In this document: in pieces, positions 9,733 through 20,782 of the stretch
Layout of the letters: every line of letters starts with the position of its first letter
Position numbering within the stretch: position 1 is the first letter of the stretch
Assembly: GCA_038065315.1 (NCBI GenBank)
Contig: JBBTRF010000001.1
Coordinates: 33,642 to 97,641 of the forward strand
Direction of reading: 5' to 3'
Length of the DNA: 64,000 nucleotides
DNA from: Patescibacteria group bacterium
GTDB taxonomy: Bacteria > Patescibacteriota > Minisyncoccia > Phycocordibacterales > JBBTRF01
The notes under the pieces: model-generated
What the model saw: the letters and a program-made list of their open reading frames with translations, nothing else
The model's database searches: none
What the model was told of the DNA's origin: nothing
Position numbers and translations under genes: made by a program

Positions 9733-11304
9733 GTGAACCTGAATATTCCGGAATCCGAGACAGTTGAATACAAGGAAACACTTGGAGATATCGAAGATAT
9801 CGCGAAGACTATTGTCGCATTCGCCAATACTAAGGGCGGTTGCATATGTATAGGCGTTGGAGATGACGGCTCTTTGCGTAAAATAGACATAGCAGACTCT
9901 TCTTTTAGAAAGATAAGTGATCTCAATCAGGCTTTTGATCCGCGTCTCCACGACTGCTTCTCCGTCCAAAAAGAAGATGTCGGTGGCTTTTCTATAATAA
10001 AGATAGTCGTCAGAAAAAGCAGTTATCACTGTCACACCTACAAAGGTGTTTGTTATGTGCGTCAGGGCAGTTCTAATCAGAAGCTATCTTCAAAAGAAAT
10101 AGCCGAGAGATACAACTACTCAGCCCGATACGACTGGAGTGCCCAGGTACCAGAAGACTCTTCGCTTGATTGGATTGATAAGAAAGCGCTAGGCTTTTTA
10201 AAAGAAAAGTATTTCGACTTGAAAGGGAATGCTCACAAAACATTAGATGACATACGTTTTTTAAACAGTCTGTCTCTTTTAGGAGATGATAGTGTTCCCA
10301 ACCATACATGTCTTTTGTTTATAGGAAAAGAGGACGTTCGTAGAAGAGTCTTTGGTGGCAGAGACAAAATAACGTGGATGTATAAAGATGATCTTAATGG
10401 TATTGAACAGAGGTTGCCTATTGAAGACGAAAATCTGCCGCTCATTTTTGGTATCCAAAATATTTTAAACAAGATAAATATTTTTAATACAACTCTTCAA
10501 GATGTGGATTTGTTCAGAAATGACGTCTCCCAGTACGATCCTAAAGTTATTGAAGAAATCGTTGTGAATGCTGTGGCTCATAGAGATTGGGGTATTGGCC
10601 TATGGGTAGAGGTGTTGCAAACTCCGGTCAGTCTCGAGGTCAGAAATCCTGGGAAATTTAGAGCAGATCTTAATAAGGTTTTATCAGAAAATAGAAGGCC
10701 CGAGTATCTTAATCCGGCTTTGGCTGACTTTCTGAAAAAAATGCATCTAATGGAAAAAGAGGGTGGTGGATTAAGGAAGGCCTTTGGTATACAAATCAAA
10801 AAAGGTCTAAGTATAAAACTGCGTTCCGATAATGCTAGTGCGAATCCACGAGTAGATTTTTTGTTGAGCGGAAAAGTATCGGACGCGGCTTTTGCCCGCT
10901 TTATGTTTACTGCAAAGGATTTGACACAAGAGCAGGTCGTTATTCTAGATAAAATAAACTCAGGAAAAAACATCTTATTAAGAGATGTTTCCAACGAGGA
11001 ATATTTCTTGGTGCAAAATTTGATCACTAAAACTGGTCGCGGCGGAATTTTCTTAAAAATAAAAGAACACTTACTTCGAAAATCAAATAAATATATAAGT
11101 AATTTCTCAAGCACCCACGCAAGCGTAGACACCTCAAAGGACATCATATTAGACTATGCGAAAAAGAATCTGGAATTCACTACCCAAGAAATTTACGGGA
11201 TTTTGAGCGGAAAATCAAAAGTGTGGGTCAGGGTTGCATTAATGGAAATGATTACGGCGGGGTTTTTAAGAAGGGTCAAAAGGGGCGTCTATACGGTCGC
11301 TTAG
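9733..11304 (+). CDS. AlbA_2 (Schlafen-like) domain plus ATPase-like domain and C-terminal winged helix
   Basis: ESETVEYKE...IVAFANTKGGCICIGVGDDG; EIVVNAVAHRDW, VRNPG, NPALA, EKEGGG; visibly AT-rich. Confidence 0.8.
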   Translation: MNLNIPESETVEYKETLGDIEDIAKTIVAFANTKGGCICIGVGDDGSLRKIDIADSSFRKISDLNQAFDPRLHDCFSVQKEDVGGFSIIKIVVRKSSYHCHTYKGVCYVRQGSSNQKLSSKEIAERYNYSARYDWSAQVPEDSSLDWIDKKALGFLKEKYFDLKGNAHKTLDDIRFLNSLSLLGDDSVPNHTCLLFIGKEDVRRRVFGGRDKITWMYKDDLNGIEQRLPIEDENLPLIFGIQNILNKINIFNTTLQDVDLFRNDVSQYDPKVIEEIVVNAVAHRDWGIGLWVEVLQTPVSLEVRNPGKFRADLNKVLSENRRPEYLNPALADFLKKMHLMEKEGGGLRKAFGIQIKKGLSIKLRSDNASANPRVDFLLSGKVSDAAFARFMFTAKDLTQEQVVILDKINSGKNILLRDVSNEEYFLVQNLITKTGRGGIFLKIKEHLLRKSNKYISNFSSTHASVDTSKDIILDYAKKNLEFTTQEIYGILSGKSKVWVRVALMEMITAGFLRRVKRGVYTVA

Positions 11305-11400
11305 TTGGGACGATACAAGGTAATAACTTTTTATCAGGCTATGTATTGTGGCGAATTTTAAAAACAGCTAACAATAACGGTATTTTGAATATAGTTGAAG

Positions 11401-11409
11401 TTATCCACA
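11401..11409 (+). promoter_or_regulatory. DnaA-box consensus upstream of rpoB
   Basis: Exact TTATCCACA; function untested. Confidence 0.4.
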
Positions 11410-11708
11410 ATACAATCTAATTTTAGGTTGAACATGCCCGTATGACAGGTCACTGGTCCAGCCTTGACTTCTTTTCCGAGGTACTGTAAGGTACCCTTTA
11501 CCTAACGCAAGAGTGAGTTACGGCTCGTTTAGGGGGTTTAGAGAGGTTAATCATTGAATCCCAGCTTGCATACATTCTATCGATAAAGAAAACAGAGAGA
11601 AGCCTCATCCGAGGTCTTTTTGCGTTTTGTTTTTGTCGAGAGGGGCGTGCGCATCGTGGTATTCGATGATTGATGAACCATTATTAACGCGACTAGCATT
11701 TTCATACG

Positions 11709-14700
11709 ATGTCAGTACACACAGAGGCACCACGCATTGAAGACCCGGCGGCAAAGATGTCGGTGGGCAAGCGCGAGAAGAAGCACTTCTCAAAATATCG
11801 CGAATCGCTCATCGCGGTTCCGAGTCTCGTAGAGGCGCAGACCAAGTCCTTTCAGTGGCTTGTGGAGAACGGCCTCAAGGAAGTTTTCGGCGAGTTTTCA
11901 TCGATCAAGGATTACGCGAACAAAAAGTTTGAGCTCGACTTCACCGGTTTCAGCCTCGCTGAGCCAAAGTACGACGAGCACTACGCAAAGCACAACAAGC
12001 TGTCGTACGAAGCGACCTTGAAGGCGACCGTTCGTCTCAAGAACAAAATGCTCGGCTCTGTAAAGGAGCAGGAGATCTTCATGGCGGATTTTCCGATCAT
12101 GACCAATCACGGTACCTTCATCATTGGAGGTATCGAGCGAGTCATCGTGCCACAGCTGGCGCGTTCGTTCGGCGTGTTCTTCACTGATCAGGAAGTGAAG
12201 GGGAAGACACTCTTCGGCGCAAAGATTATCCCTGCACGAGGTGCGTGGATTGAAATCGAAACTGATGCAGACGGTTCTCTCTATGTCCGCATCGATCGAA
12301 AGCGCAAGTTCGGCGTCGCATCTCTCTTGCGAGTGCTCGGCGCGCAGACCGACGGCGATATCCAGGCGCTCTTTGCGGGTACCGCTTTCTCAAAGCAGCA
12401 TATTGACGTGTCTTTGGCGAAGGATCATGCGAAGACTATGGATGAAGCGTACGTGGAGATCCACAAGAAGCTCCGAGATGGCGACATGGGTACTGTCGAC
12501 AACGCGAAGGAATTCATCAAGTCTATTTTTAGCGCAGAGCGATACGACCTCCACAAGGTGGGCCGTTTCCGATTCAACAAGCGCTTCGAGAAGAGCATGG
12601 AAGACAAGGCTCTCGAGCGACGCACTATCAACTTGGACGATGTCGTGACAATCATCAAGCATGTCATCTATTTGAACAACACCCCGAACGCAACCGCCGA
12701 TGACATCGATCACCTCGGTTCACGACGAGTGCGCTATGTTGGCGAGCTCATTCAGCAGAAGATCCGAGTTGGTATGTCCCAGATCAAGCGCAACATTCAG
12801 GACCGAATGTCGACTGTTGAGCCAGACATCACTCAGCCTTTGAACTTCATTTCTCCGAAGCCGCTTCAGGCTCGAATCAAGGAATTTTTCACGACCAACC
12901 AGCTGTCACAGTTTATGCAGCAGGAAAACGTGCTCCAGGAGCTCGAACACTTGCGCACCTTGTCTGCGCTCGGACCCGGCGGTCTCACCCGAGAGCGAGC
13001 CGGCTTCGAAGTGCGAGACGTGCATCCTTCTCACTATGGCCGACTCTGTCCGATCCACACTCCTGAAGGTCCCAACATCGGTCTTATCTTGCGCCTCTCA
13101 ACCTACGCGCGCATCAACGACTTCGGTATGATCGAAGCACCGTATGCAGTGGTGAAGAACGGCAAGATCACCAAAGAAGTGCGATACCTCAACGCGCTCG
13201 AAGAAGAGAACTACAACATTTCTCACGCCGCGATCAACTATGACGCGCAGGGTAGCATCACCGACGACGTGGTGGAGGTTCGCAACAACGGTATCCCAAG
13301 CTTCGTGCCAAAGAACAACGTGCACTTCGTGGACGTCGGCACTGGACAGCCGTTCTCGATCGCGACCTCGATGATTCCGTTCGTCAACCATGACGACGCG
13401 AACCGTGCACTCATGGGTTCGAACATGCAGAAGCAGGCCGTGCCTTGTTTGGTACCAGATGCGCCGCTCGTAGCGACGGGTATTGAAGAGGTGGCAGCGC
13501 GAGACTCTGGCCGACTCATCATTGCTGATGAAGACGGTACTATCACCGCAGTTGATTCAACTAAAATCTCTCTCAAGAATGCAAAGGGCAAGGAGAAGAC
13601 CTGGAACCTCGTGGCCTTTTCACGAACCAACGGCTTCACTGCTTTCCACCAGCGACCAATCGTGAACCTCGGACAGAAAGTGAAGAAGGGCGATGTCCTC
13701 GCGGATACGTCTTCTTCCGATAATGGCCAGGTGGCGCTCGGACAGAACATCCTCGTCGGCTTCCTCTCTTGGTCTGGTTCAAACTACGAAGACGCGATCA
13801 TTCTCTCTGAGCGATTGGTGAAGGACAGCAAGTTTACCTCGATCCATATCGAAGAGTTTGTCATCAACGTACGCGACACCAAGCTCGGACCCGAAGTGAC
13901 CACTCCGGATATTCCAAACGTCGGCGAGGCGAAGCTCAAAAACCTCGATGAAGACGGTATTGTCCGCATCGGTGCGGAAGTGCGATCTGGCGACATTCTC
14001 GTCGGCAAGATCACCCCAAAGGGTGAAACCCAGCTTACTCCAGAAGAGCGACTCCTCAAGAGCCTCTTCGGCGAGAAGGCACGAGATGTGAAGGATACAT
14101 CGAAGCGAATGGAAGGCGGCAAGCGAGGTCGTATTATTTCCGTAAAGATCTTCTCACGAGAGAAGGGCGACAAGCTCGAGTCTGGCATCATCAAGCGAAT
14201 CCATGTAGAGATCGCACAGCTCCGAGCCGTATCAGTGGGCGACAAGCTCGCGGGACGACACGGTAACAAGGGTGTTATCTCAAAGGTGCTCCCAGTAGAG
14301 GATATGCCATACATGGCAGACGGTACCCCAATCGATATTATTTTGACACCGCTCGGTGTGCCTTCTCGTATGAACCTCGGACAGATTCTCGAGTTGCACT
14401 TGGGTCTCGCAGCAAACACTTTGAACTACCAGGCGATCGTGCCTCCTTTTGCAGGCGCGACCGACGCGGAGATCAAGAATGAGCTCGTGAAGGCAGGCTT
14501 CGCGGCAGACGGCAAGATGAAGCTGTTTGATGGCCGCACCGGCGAAGCGTTCCAGCAGAATGTCGCAGTCGGCTACATGTACATCTTGAAGTTGCACCAC
14601 ATGGTGGAAGACAAGATCCACATGCGATCTATCGGACCCTACTCGCTCATCACTCAGCAGCCATTGGGTGGAAAGGCTCAGGCCGGCGGACAGCGATTTG

Positions 14701-14942
14701 GAGAAATGGAAGTCTGGGCGCTCCTTGGTCATGGTGCCGCTCACACATTGCGAGAAGTATTGACGATCAAGTCCGACGACATTGTCGGCCGATCCGCAGC
14801 CTTCGACGCTATTGTGAAGGGTCAGCGTATTCAGCAGACCAACGTACCGGCTTCATTTAACGTGCTCTTGAACAACCTTCGAGGTTTGGCACTGGATGTC
14901 GACATGAAACGGGGCGATGGCCTTAATGGGGATACTAAATAA
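11709..14942 (+). CDS. rpoB: DNA-directed RNA polymerase beta subunit
   Basis: DDIDHLGSRRVR, HPSHYGRLCPIHTPEGPNIGL, GDKLAGRHGNKG, GGQRFGEMEVWAL. Confidence 0.99.
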   Translation: MSVHTEAPRIEDPAAKMSVGKREKKHFSKYRESLIAVPSLVEAQTKSFQWLVENGLKEVFGEFSSIKDYANKKFELDFTGFSLAEPKYDEHYAKHNKLSYEATLKATVRLKNKMLGSVKEQEIFMADFPIMTNHGTFIIGGIERVIVPQLARSFGVFFTDQEVKGKTLFGAKIIPARGAWIEIETDADGSLYVRIDRKRKFGVASLLRVLGAQTDGDIQALFAGTAFSKQHIDVSLAKDHAKTMDEAYVEIHKKLRDGDMGTVDNAKEFIKSIFSAERYDLHKVGRFRFNKRFEKSMEDKALERRTINLDDVVTIIKHVIYLNNTPNATADDIDHLGSRRVRYVGELIQQKIRVGMSQIKRNIQDRMSTVEPDITQPLNFISPKPLQARIKEFFTTNQLSQFMQQENVLQELEHLRTLSALGPGGLTRERAGFEVRDVHPSHYGRLCPIHTPEGPNIGLILRLSTYARINDFGMIEAPYAVVKNGKITKEVRYLNALEEENYNISHAAINYDAQGSITDDVVEVRNNGIPSFVPKNNVHFVDVGTGQPFSIATSMIPFVNHDDANRALMGSNMQKQAVPCLVPDAPLVATGIEEVAARDSGRLIIADEDGTITAVDSTKISLKNAKGKEKTWNLVAFSRTNGFTAFHQRPIVNLGQKVKKGDVLADTSSSDNGQVALGQNILVGFLSWSGSNYEDAIILSERLVKDSKFTSIHIEEFVINVRDTKLGPEVTTPDIPNVGEAKLKNLDEDGIVRIGAEVRSGDILVGKITPKGETQLTPEERLLKSLFGEKARDVKDTSKRMEGGKRGRIISVKIFSREKGDKLESGIIKRIHVEIAQLRAVSVGDKLAGRHGNKGVISKVLPVEDMPYMADGTPIDIILTPLGVPSRMNLGQILELHLGLAANTLNYQAIVPPFAGATDAEIKNELVKAGFAADGKMKLFDGRTGEAFQQNVAVGYMYILKLHHMVEDKIHMRSIGPYSLITQQPLGGKAQAGGQRFGEMEVWALLGHGAAHTLREVLTIKSDDIVGRSAAFDAIVKGQRIQQTNVPASFNVLLNNLRGLALDVDMKRGDGLNGDTK

Positions 14943-14953
14943 CTCACATCACC

Positions 14954-17900
14954 ATGAAAGAATTTACACCAACAAACAACAAGGCAAAGGCAGCGTTCAA
15001 CGACTTCAGCTCGATCGTCTTGAAGGTTGCATCCCCAGACCGCATCCGCGAGTGGTCATACGGTGAAGTCACCAAGCCAGAGACCATCAACTACCGAACT
15101 CAGCGTTCAGAAAAGAGTGGACTCTTTGATGAAAAAATCTTCGGACCAGACAAGGACTACGAGTGTTACTGTGGAAAGTATCGAGGTATTCGCTACAAGG
15201 GCATTGTCTGTGAGAAGTGCGGAGTGGAAATCACCCGCAGCATCGTACGACGAGAGCGCATGGGCCACATTGAGCTTGCGTCGCCAGTATCACACATTTG
15301 GTTCCTTCGCAGCATGCCGTCTCGCATTGGCTTGCTCATGGGTATGCCGACAGCAGATCTCGAAAAGGTCATCTACTTCGCTGGCTACATTATTACTTCG
15401 GTGAACGAAGATGAGCGATCAAACCTGCTCAAAGATCTCGACTCAGAATACAAGTCGAAGGTGAAGAATCTTCAGGATGAGAAGTCAAAGGAGGCGATAA
15501 AGGAACTGTTGACCAACGCGAAGAAGGAGATCGAAAACGTGCAGGCTGGTGTCGTGCTCGACGAAGTGTCATACCACAACTATTCAGTGAAGTACGGCAC
15601 GCTCTTCGAGGCGAAGATTGGCGCCGAAGCGATCTACGAAATCCTCAAGACTCTCGACCTTCAAAAGCTCCAGGTCAAGCTCGAAACCGCGCTCGAGAAG
15701 GCAAGCTCTCTCGACAAGGAGAAGATCAGCAAGCGACTCAGCACCGTGAAGGCGATGATCTCTTCGGGTATTCGACCTGAGTGGATGTTCCTTACTACCA
15801 TCCCGGTGATCCCTCCAGCACTTCGACCGATGGTCCCATTGGACGGCGGACGATACGCGACTTCTGATGTGAACGACCTCTATCGACGCGTCATCAACCG
15901 AAACAATCGTCTCAAGAAGCTCATCGAGATCAATGCTCCGGATGTGATCTTGCGAAACGAAAAGCGTATTTTGCAGGAGGCTGTGGACGCTCTGATCGAT
16001 AGCTCGATCCGACACGGTAGTGCGAGTGCTGGTGCGCTCACACAGGCACAGCGACGACCGCTCAAGTCTCTCGCCGACAATTTGAAGGGTAAGCGAGGTC
16101 TCTTCCGTGCAAACCTCCTCGGAAAGCGCGTGGACTATTCAGGACGATCGGTGATCGTTGTCGGTCCAGACCTCAAGCTTAGTCAGTGCGGACTCCCAAA
16201 GCACATGGCATTGGAACTCTTCCGACCATTTGTGATTTCGAAGCTCCTCGAACGCGAGTTGGCATACAACATCCGCGGTGCGGGACGACTCATCGACGAA
16301 GATATTCCAGAAGTCTGGGCGATCCTCGAAGAGGTGATCAAGGGTAAGTACGTTCTTTTGAATCGTGCTCCAACCTTGCACCGACTCGGTATTCAGGCCT
16401 TTATGCCAATCCTCATCGAGGGCAATGCGATCCAGGTGCATCCACTCGTGTGTACCGCTTTCAACGCGGACTTCGACGGAGACCAGATGGCGGTCCACGT
16501 ACCGCTCGGTGAAGAAGCGCAGGCAGAAGCACGAGAGATCATGGCTTCTGATAAAAATATTCTCAAGCCAGGTTCTGGTGAGCCGACCGTGACTGCAAAG
16601 CTCCTCGATATTATTCTCGGCTGTTTCTGGATCACCAAAGAGATCAAGGGGGCCAAGGGTGAGGGTAGCTACTTCGGCACTCCTGCAGAAGCGATCACTG
16701 CTCACGACTTCGGCGAGCTCGACTTGCGAGCGAAGATCAAGCTTATCGCGCCAGAAAACGCAAAGTACGCGAAGCTCGAGGGCAAAATGTTTGAGACGAC
16801 TGTCGGCCGAGTGCTTTTCAACGAAGTGCTCCCAGCGGATTACGCATTCATCAACAAGGAGATCACTCGAAAGTTCATGGCCACTATCGGCGATGATTTG
16901 ATCAACAAGTACGGCATGAAGAATGTCGCACCGATCCTCGACGCAGTGAAGACGTTCGGATTCAAGTACGCGACCTATTCAGGTGTTACTTGGGGTATCG
17001 ACGATGTGCAGGAACCAGAAGGCAAGCATGCGATCATTGACGCTTCAAAGCTGCTCGCCGATGAAGTGCAGAAGAATTACGATATGGGCTTCTTGTCGAA
17101 AGAAGAGAAGACCGAAAAGATCATCGAGGTGTGGCTTGGTGCGAAGATCGAAGTGGAAAAGCTCATCCCAGCGAGCTTGCCAAAGGACGGTTCTGTTCAC
17201 GACATGGTGAACTCCGGTGCCCGAGGTTCTCTTGGTCAGATCACGCAGATGGCAGGTATGAAGGGTCTCATTCAGAGTGCATCCGGTGCGACCATTGAGT
17301 TCCCGATTTTGAGCTCGAACAAGCAGGGTCTCTCTCCAGTAGAATACTTCATCACCACTCACGGTTCTCGAAAGGGTCTCACTGACACCGCATTGAACAC
17401 TGCGAAGGCCGGATACCTCACTCGAAAGCTCTTCGATGTATCTCAGGATGTCATTGTGGCAGAAGCAGATTGCGGATCAAAGGAAGGCATGGTGATCAGG
17501 AAAGAGACTGCGTCTGGTATGGAAGTCGCTCTCGCGAAGAGCACCAAGGGCCGAGTGTTGGCAGAAGATGTATTGAATGCTACTGGGAAAGTACTCTTCA
17601 AGCGCGGTCATCTTTTGAACAAAGAAGATGCCGACAAGATGGAAGCTTCTGGTATCACTGAAGTGAAGGTTCGTTCACCTTTGGCTTGCAAGGCGCTCTA
17701 CGGTGTCTGTGCGCAGTGTTATGGTAACGACGTCGGCCGAGGCGAGCTCGTACAGCTCGGTGAAGCTGTCGGTACTGTGGCAGCGCAGGCGATCGGTGAG
17801 CCTGGTACTCAGCTCACGATGCGTACCTTCCACGCCGGAGGAGCCGCATCAGCAGGCGGAGACATCACTGCCGGTTTGCCTCGAGTCGAGGAAATCTTCG

Positions 17901-18706
17901 AGAAGCGTTCTCCAAAGAATCCTGCGGTGGTGAACCGTGTAGACGGCATGGTCACTGAGATCAAGGATTTGGGCAAGGAAAAGGTTTTCACGGTCATTCC
18001 TGAAATACACGACAAATCGAAGACCAAGAAGAAGGCGGAAAACGAATATGTCGCAAGCTTCCGACGAACCCCGTTGGTGAAGGTGGGCGACAAGGTGGTG
18101 AAGGGTCAGCTCCTCACCGACGGTTCTGCGGATATTGACGAGCTCTTCAAGTATGCCGGCCACGAGAAGACCGAGCAGTACATCATCAATGAAGTTTCAA
18201 AGTTGTACGAATTGCAGGGTGAGCCAGTCTCTCGAAAGCACATCGAAGTGATCGTGCGCCAGATGTTCTCTCGCCGAAAGGTGAAGCACGGCGGCGACAC
18301 CAAGCTCTCTTCAGGAGATGTGGTCAGCTCAGCATACTTCGCAGAAGAGAATACTCGCGTGAAGGCGGCGGGCAAGGATGAGGCGAAGGGCGAGGCGGTT
18401 GTCATGGGTATCACTGAGATTTCATTGACCCGACGAAGCTTCCTTTCAGCCGCTTCCTTCCAGCACACTACTCGAGTACTCATCAACTCAGCGATCCGTG
18501 GTACAGAAGACCATCTCGCTGGTTTGAAGGAGAATGTTATCATCGGCCGATTGATCCCTGCGGGTTCTGGCTTTGCAGCCAGCCCAAAGGCGGCGATCAC
18601 TGCCAAGGCGGCAGCCGACGCGACTCCGGTGTACCAGGTGGACACCATCGCCCCAGCCGCTGTCGCGGTGACGGTGAAGAGCGAGGCGGAGGTGGAGGAG
18701 AAATAA
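14954..18706 (+). CDS. rpoC: DNA-directed RNA polymerase beta' subunit
   Basis: GEVTKPETINYRT, zinc-finger cysteines, catalytic NADFDGD, GEPGTQLTMRTFH. Confidence 0.99.
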   Translation: MKEFTPTNNKAKAAFNDFSSIVLKVASPDRIREWSYGEVTKPETINYRTQRSEKSGLFDEKIFGPDKDYECYCGKYRGIRYKGIVCEKCGVEITRSIVRRERMGHIELASPVSHIWFLRSMPSRIGLLMGMPTADLEKVIYFAGYIITSVNEDERSNLLKDLDSEYKSKVKNLQDEKSKEAIKELLTNAKKEIENVQAGVVLDEVSYHNYSVKYGTLFEAKIGAEAIYEILKTLDLQKLQVKLETALEKASSLDKEKISKRLSTVKAMISSGIRPEWMFLTTIPVIPPALRPMVPLDGGRYATSDVNDLYRRVINRNNRLKKLIEINAPDVILRNEKRILQEAVDALIDSSIRHGSASAGALTQAQRRPLKSLADNLKGKRGLFRANLLGKRVDYSGRSVIVVGPDLKLSQCGLPKHMALELFRPFVISKLLERELAYNIRGAGRLIDEDIPEVWAILEEVIKGKYVLLNRAPTLHRLGIQAFMPILIEGNAIQVHPLVCTAFNADFDGDQMAVHVPLGEEAQAEAREIMASDKNILKPGSGEPTVTAKLLDIILGCFWITKEIKGAKGEGSYFGTPAEAITAHDFGELDLRAKIKLIAPENAKYAKLEGKMFETTVGRVLFNEVLPADYAFINKEITRKFMATIGDDLINKYGMKNVAPILDAVKTFGFKYATYSGVTWGIDDVQEPEGKHAIIDASKLLADEVQKNYDMGFLSKEEKTEKIIEVWLGAKIEVEKLIPASLPKDGSVHDMVNSGARGSLGQITQMAGMKGLIQSASGATIEFPILSSNKQGLSPVEYFITTHGSRKGLTDTALNTAKAGYLTRKLFDVSQDVIVAEADCGSKEGMVIRKETASGMEVALAKSTKGRVLAEDVLNATGKVLFKRGHLLNKEDADKMEASGITEVKVRSPLACKALYGVCAQCYGNDVGRGELVQLGEAVGTVAAQAIGEPGTQLTMRTFHAGGAASAGGDITAGLPRVEEIFEKRSPKNPAVVNRVDGMVTEIKDLGKEKVFTVIPEIHDKSKTKKKAENEYVASFRRTPLVKVGDKVVKGQLLTDGSADIDELFKYAGHEKTEQYIINEVSKLYELQGEPVSRKHIEVIVRQMFSRRKVKHGGDTKLSSGDVVSSAYFAEENTRVKAAGKDEAKGEAVVMGITEISLTRRSFLSAASFQHTTRVLINSAIRGTEDHLAGLKENVIIGRLIPAGSGFAASPKAAITAKAAADATPVYQVDTIAPAAVAVTVKSEAEVEEK

Positions 18707-18740
18707 AGGGTATTATACTTTCAGCGCATGCGCGCTGACG

Positions 18741-18775
18741 CAAAAGAACACACCTTTTTGGGTGTGTTCTTTTGC
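18741..18775 (+). terminator. Terminator after rpoC
   Basis: CAAAAGAACACACC-TTTTTG-GGTGTGTTCTTTTG. Confidence 0.7.
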
Positions 18776-18928
18776 GCACGGCTTTGCCGTGAAGTATCTA
18801 CCCTTTGTTACGACTTCGACTCGGACGCTGTGTATGTTCGGAAACATCCACGCGCTCCTCGCTCGTCGTAATAGTCACGTATAGGTCTCGAAATACCGAC
18901 ACTTTTACTTCATGATAGAATACCCCTA

Positions 18929-20770
18929 ATGTCTTCACAGGTAGAGCAGATCAAGGAGCGCCTCGGCATCGCCGATGTGGTCGGGGCGTATCTCAAATTG
19001 GAGAAGGCTGGCGGCAATTACAAGGCCCGCTGTCCTTTTCATAATGAAAAAACACCGTCGTTTTTCCTCTCGCCGGCGCGCAGCAGCTACTACTGCTTCG
19101 GTTGCGGGGCAAAGGGTGACATCTTCACCTTCGTACAGGAGTTTGAGGGGTTGGATTTTGTCGGTGCGTTGAAAGTGCTCGCGCAGAAGGCAGGTGTGGA
19201 GCTCACGAAGGAGGACCCAAAAATGCGCAGCGAGCGGCAGCGACTCTTTCTGTGTTTGGAGTCGGCGACGATCTTTTTCCAGCGTACGCTGTACGAGAAC
19301 GCACAATACAAGGCTGTGGTGGAGTATCTCACTGGCCGCGGACTCACTAAAGATACGATAAAAGAGTGGCGTATCGGCTACGCTCCGGATGCGTGGCAGA
19401 TTCTATCGGATTATCTAAAGTCGAAGCGCTTCACCGAGCAAGATATGGAGAAGGTTGGATTGACTAAGGCGCGAGAGCCGAAAGATGGATCGGTGGGCGG
19501 CACTGGCCACTATGACCGTTTCCGCGGGCGCATCATGTTTCCGCTGTTTGATAGCTCGGGGCGAGTGATCGGTTTTTCTGGACGTATCTTTGGTCCCGAC
19601 GATGGGAAGAGTGCGAAGTATTTGAACAGTCCAGAAACTGAACTCTTCAAAAAGTCGGAAATGTTGTACGGTTTTCACAAGGCGAAGCAGGGGATTCGCG
19701 AGAAGGGGTATTCGATTTTGGTGGAAGGGCAGATGGATATGTTGATGTCGCAACAGGTGGGATTTACGAATACGGTGGCGGTGTCGGGGACAGCGCTCAC
19801 GTTGCAGCATTTGGAGATGTTGCGGCGATTGTCGGAACGGGTGGTGATGAGTTTCGATCCGGACGGCGCCGGCGTGCGTGCCGCACTGCGCGGCGCCGAG
19901 ATGGCGATTGGCCTTGGCATGGAAGTGCGCGTGGCGGAATTGCCAAAGGGGGAGGATCCGGCCCTTTTCATTTTGAACCATCCAGAGCAGTGGCGCGAGA
20001 CGGTGGAGAAGAAGGCGATCCATGTTGTGGAGTTTGTCACCAATCATCTGCTTTCGCAGCAGCTCGACCCACGTGCCCTTGCCAAAGAAGTCGGCGCCAA
20101 AGTGCTGCCGTTCATCGTCCGCATGCAGAGCTCGATGGAGCGTTCGCATTTCGTGTCGATGATCTACAAAAAAACAGGCATCAAGGAAGAGGCGATCTGG
20201 GAAGACCTGAAGCGATTGGAAAAAGTGTTGCCGGTGTCAGTGTCCGTCTCCGCCACCCAGACTGCGCAAAAAAGTGCAGGCGCTTCGGCTGCTTCATCCG
20301 CAACATCTGGTTCATCGACCACTGGTAGCACCTATGCCGACTTCGTGCAGAATGCGACACGCCGAAAACACATCGAGCGTCGACTCGCGAGTATTGTACT
20401 GTGGCAGAATACTTTGCCGGCGAGAGTGTTTGGAAATGAAGAAATGATCAAGAAACTCTCAAGTGCACTCCAGACGATTCAATCGGCTGTTCCTGATAAT
20501 GGTCTGGATGCGGAAAAGATACTCGCCGCTGTTATGGCGGAATTTCAAAAAGAGACAGAGGAATTGATCGTCGAGGCGGAGCTTTCGTATGACAAATCGG
20601 AGAAATTGGCTGAGGAAGTGAAAGAATTGCTCGAGAATTTTGTAACAGAGTGCAGCAACGAGCTCTGTGCGAAGCTGCTCTCCGAGCTTCATAAGGCCCA
20701 ACGGGATGGTGACGGGCCGAAAGTAGACCAGCTGGTGGGCGTGCTTGCCAAGCTTAAAAAAGTGAGATAA
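18929..20770 (+). CDS. dnaG: DNA primase
   Basis: CPFHNEKTPSF...CFGC zinc finger, DRFRGRIMFP, KYLNSPET, TOPRIM VEGQMD and FDPDGAG. Confidence 0.97.
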   Translation: MSSQVEQIKERLGIADVVGAYLKLEKAGGNYKARCPFHNEKTPSFFLSPARSSYYCFGCGAKGDIFTFVQEFEGLDFVGALKVLAQKAGVELTKEDPKMRSERQRLFLCLESATIFFQRTLYENAQYKAVVEYLTGRGLTKDTIKEWRIGYAPDAWQILSDYLKSKRFTEQDMEKVGLTKAREPKDGSVGGTGHYDRFRGRIMFPLFDSSGRVIGFSGRIFGPDDGKSAKYLNSPETELFKKSEMLYGFHKAKQGIREKGYSILVEGQMDMLMSQQVGFTNTVAVSGTALTLQHLEMLRRLSERVVMSFDPDGAGVRAALRGAEMAIGLGMEVRVAELPKGEDPALFILNHPEQWRETVEKKAIHVVEFVTNHLLSQQLDPRALAKEVGAKVLPFIVRMQSSMERSHFVSMIYKKTGIKEEAIWEDLKRLEKVLPVSVSVSATQTAQKSAGASAASSATSGSSTTGSTYADFVQNATRRKHIERRLASIVLWQNTLPARVFGNEEMIKKLSSALQTIQSAVPDNGLDAEKILAAVMAEFQKETEELIVEAELSYDKSEKLAEEVKELLENFVTECSNELCAKLLSELHKAQRDGDGPKVDQLVGVLAKLKKVR

Positions 20771-20782
20771 AATCAACACCCT

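Noticed and set aside
11304-11709. AT-rich intergenic region with a DnaA box as oriC
   Set aside because: Only one perfect box, no cluster and no dnaA/dnaN nearby. More likely the rpoB promoter region.
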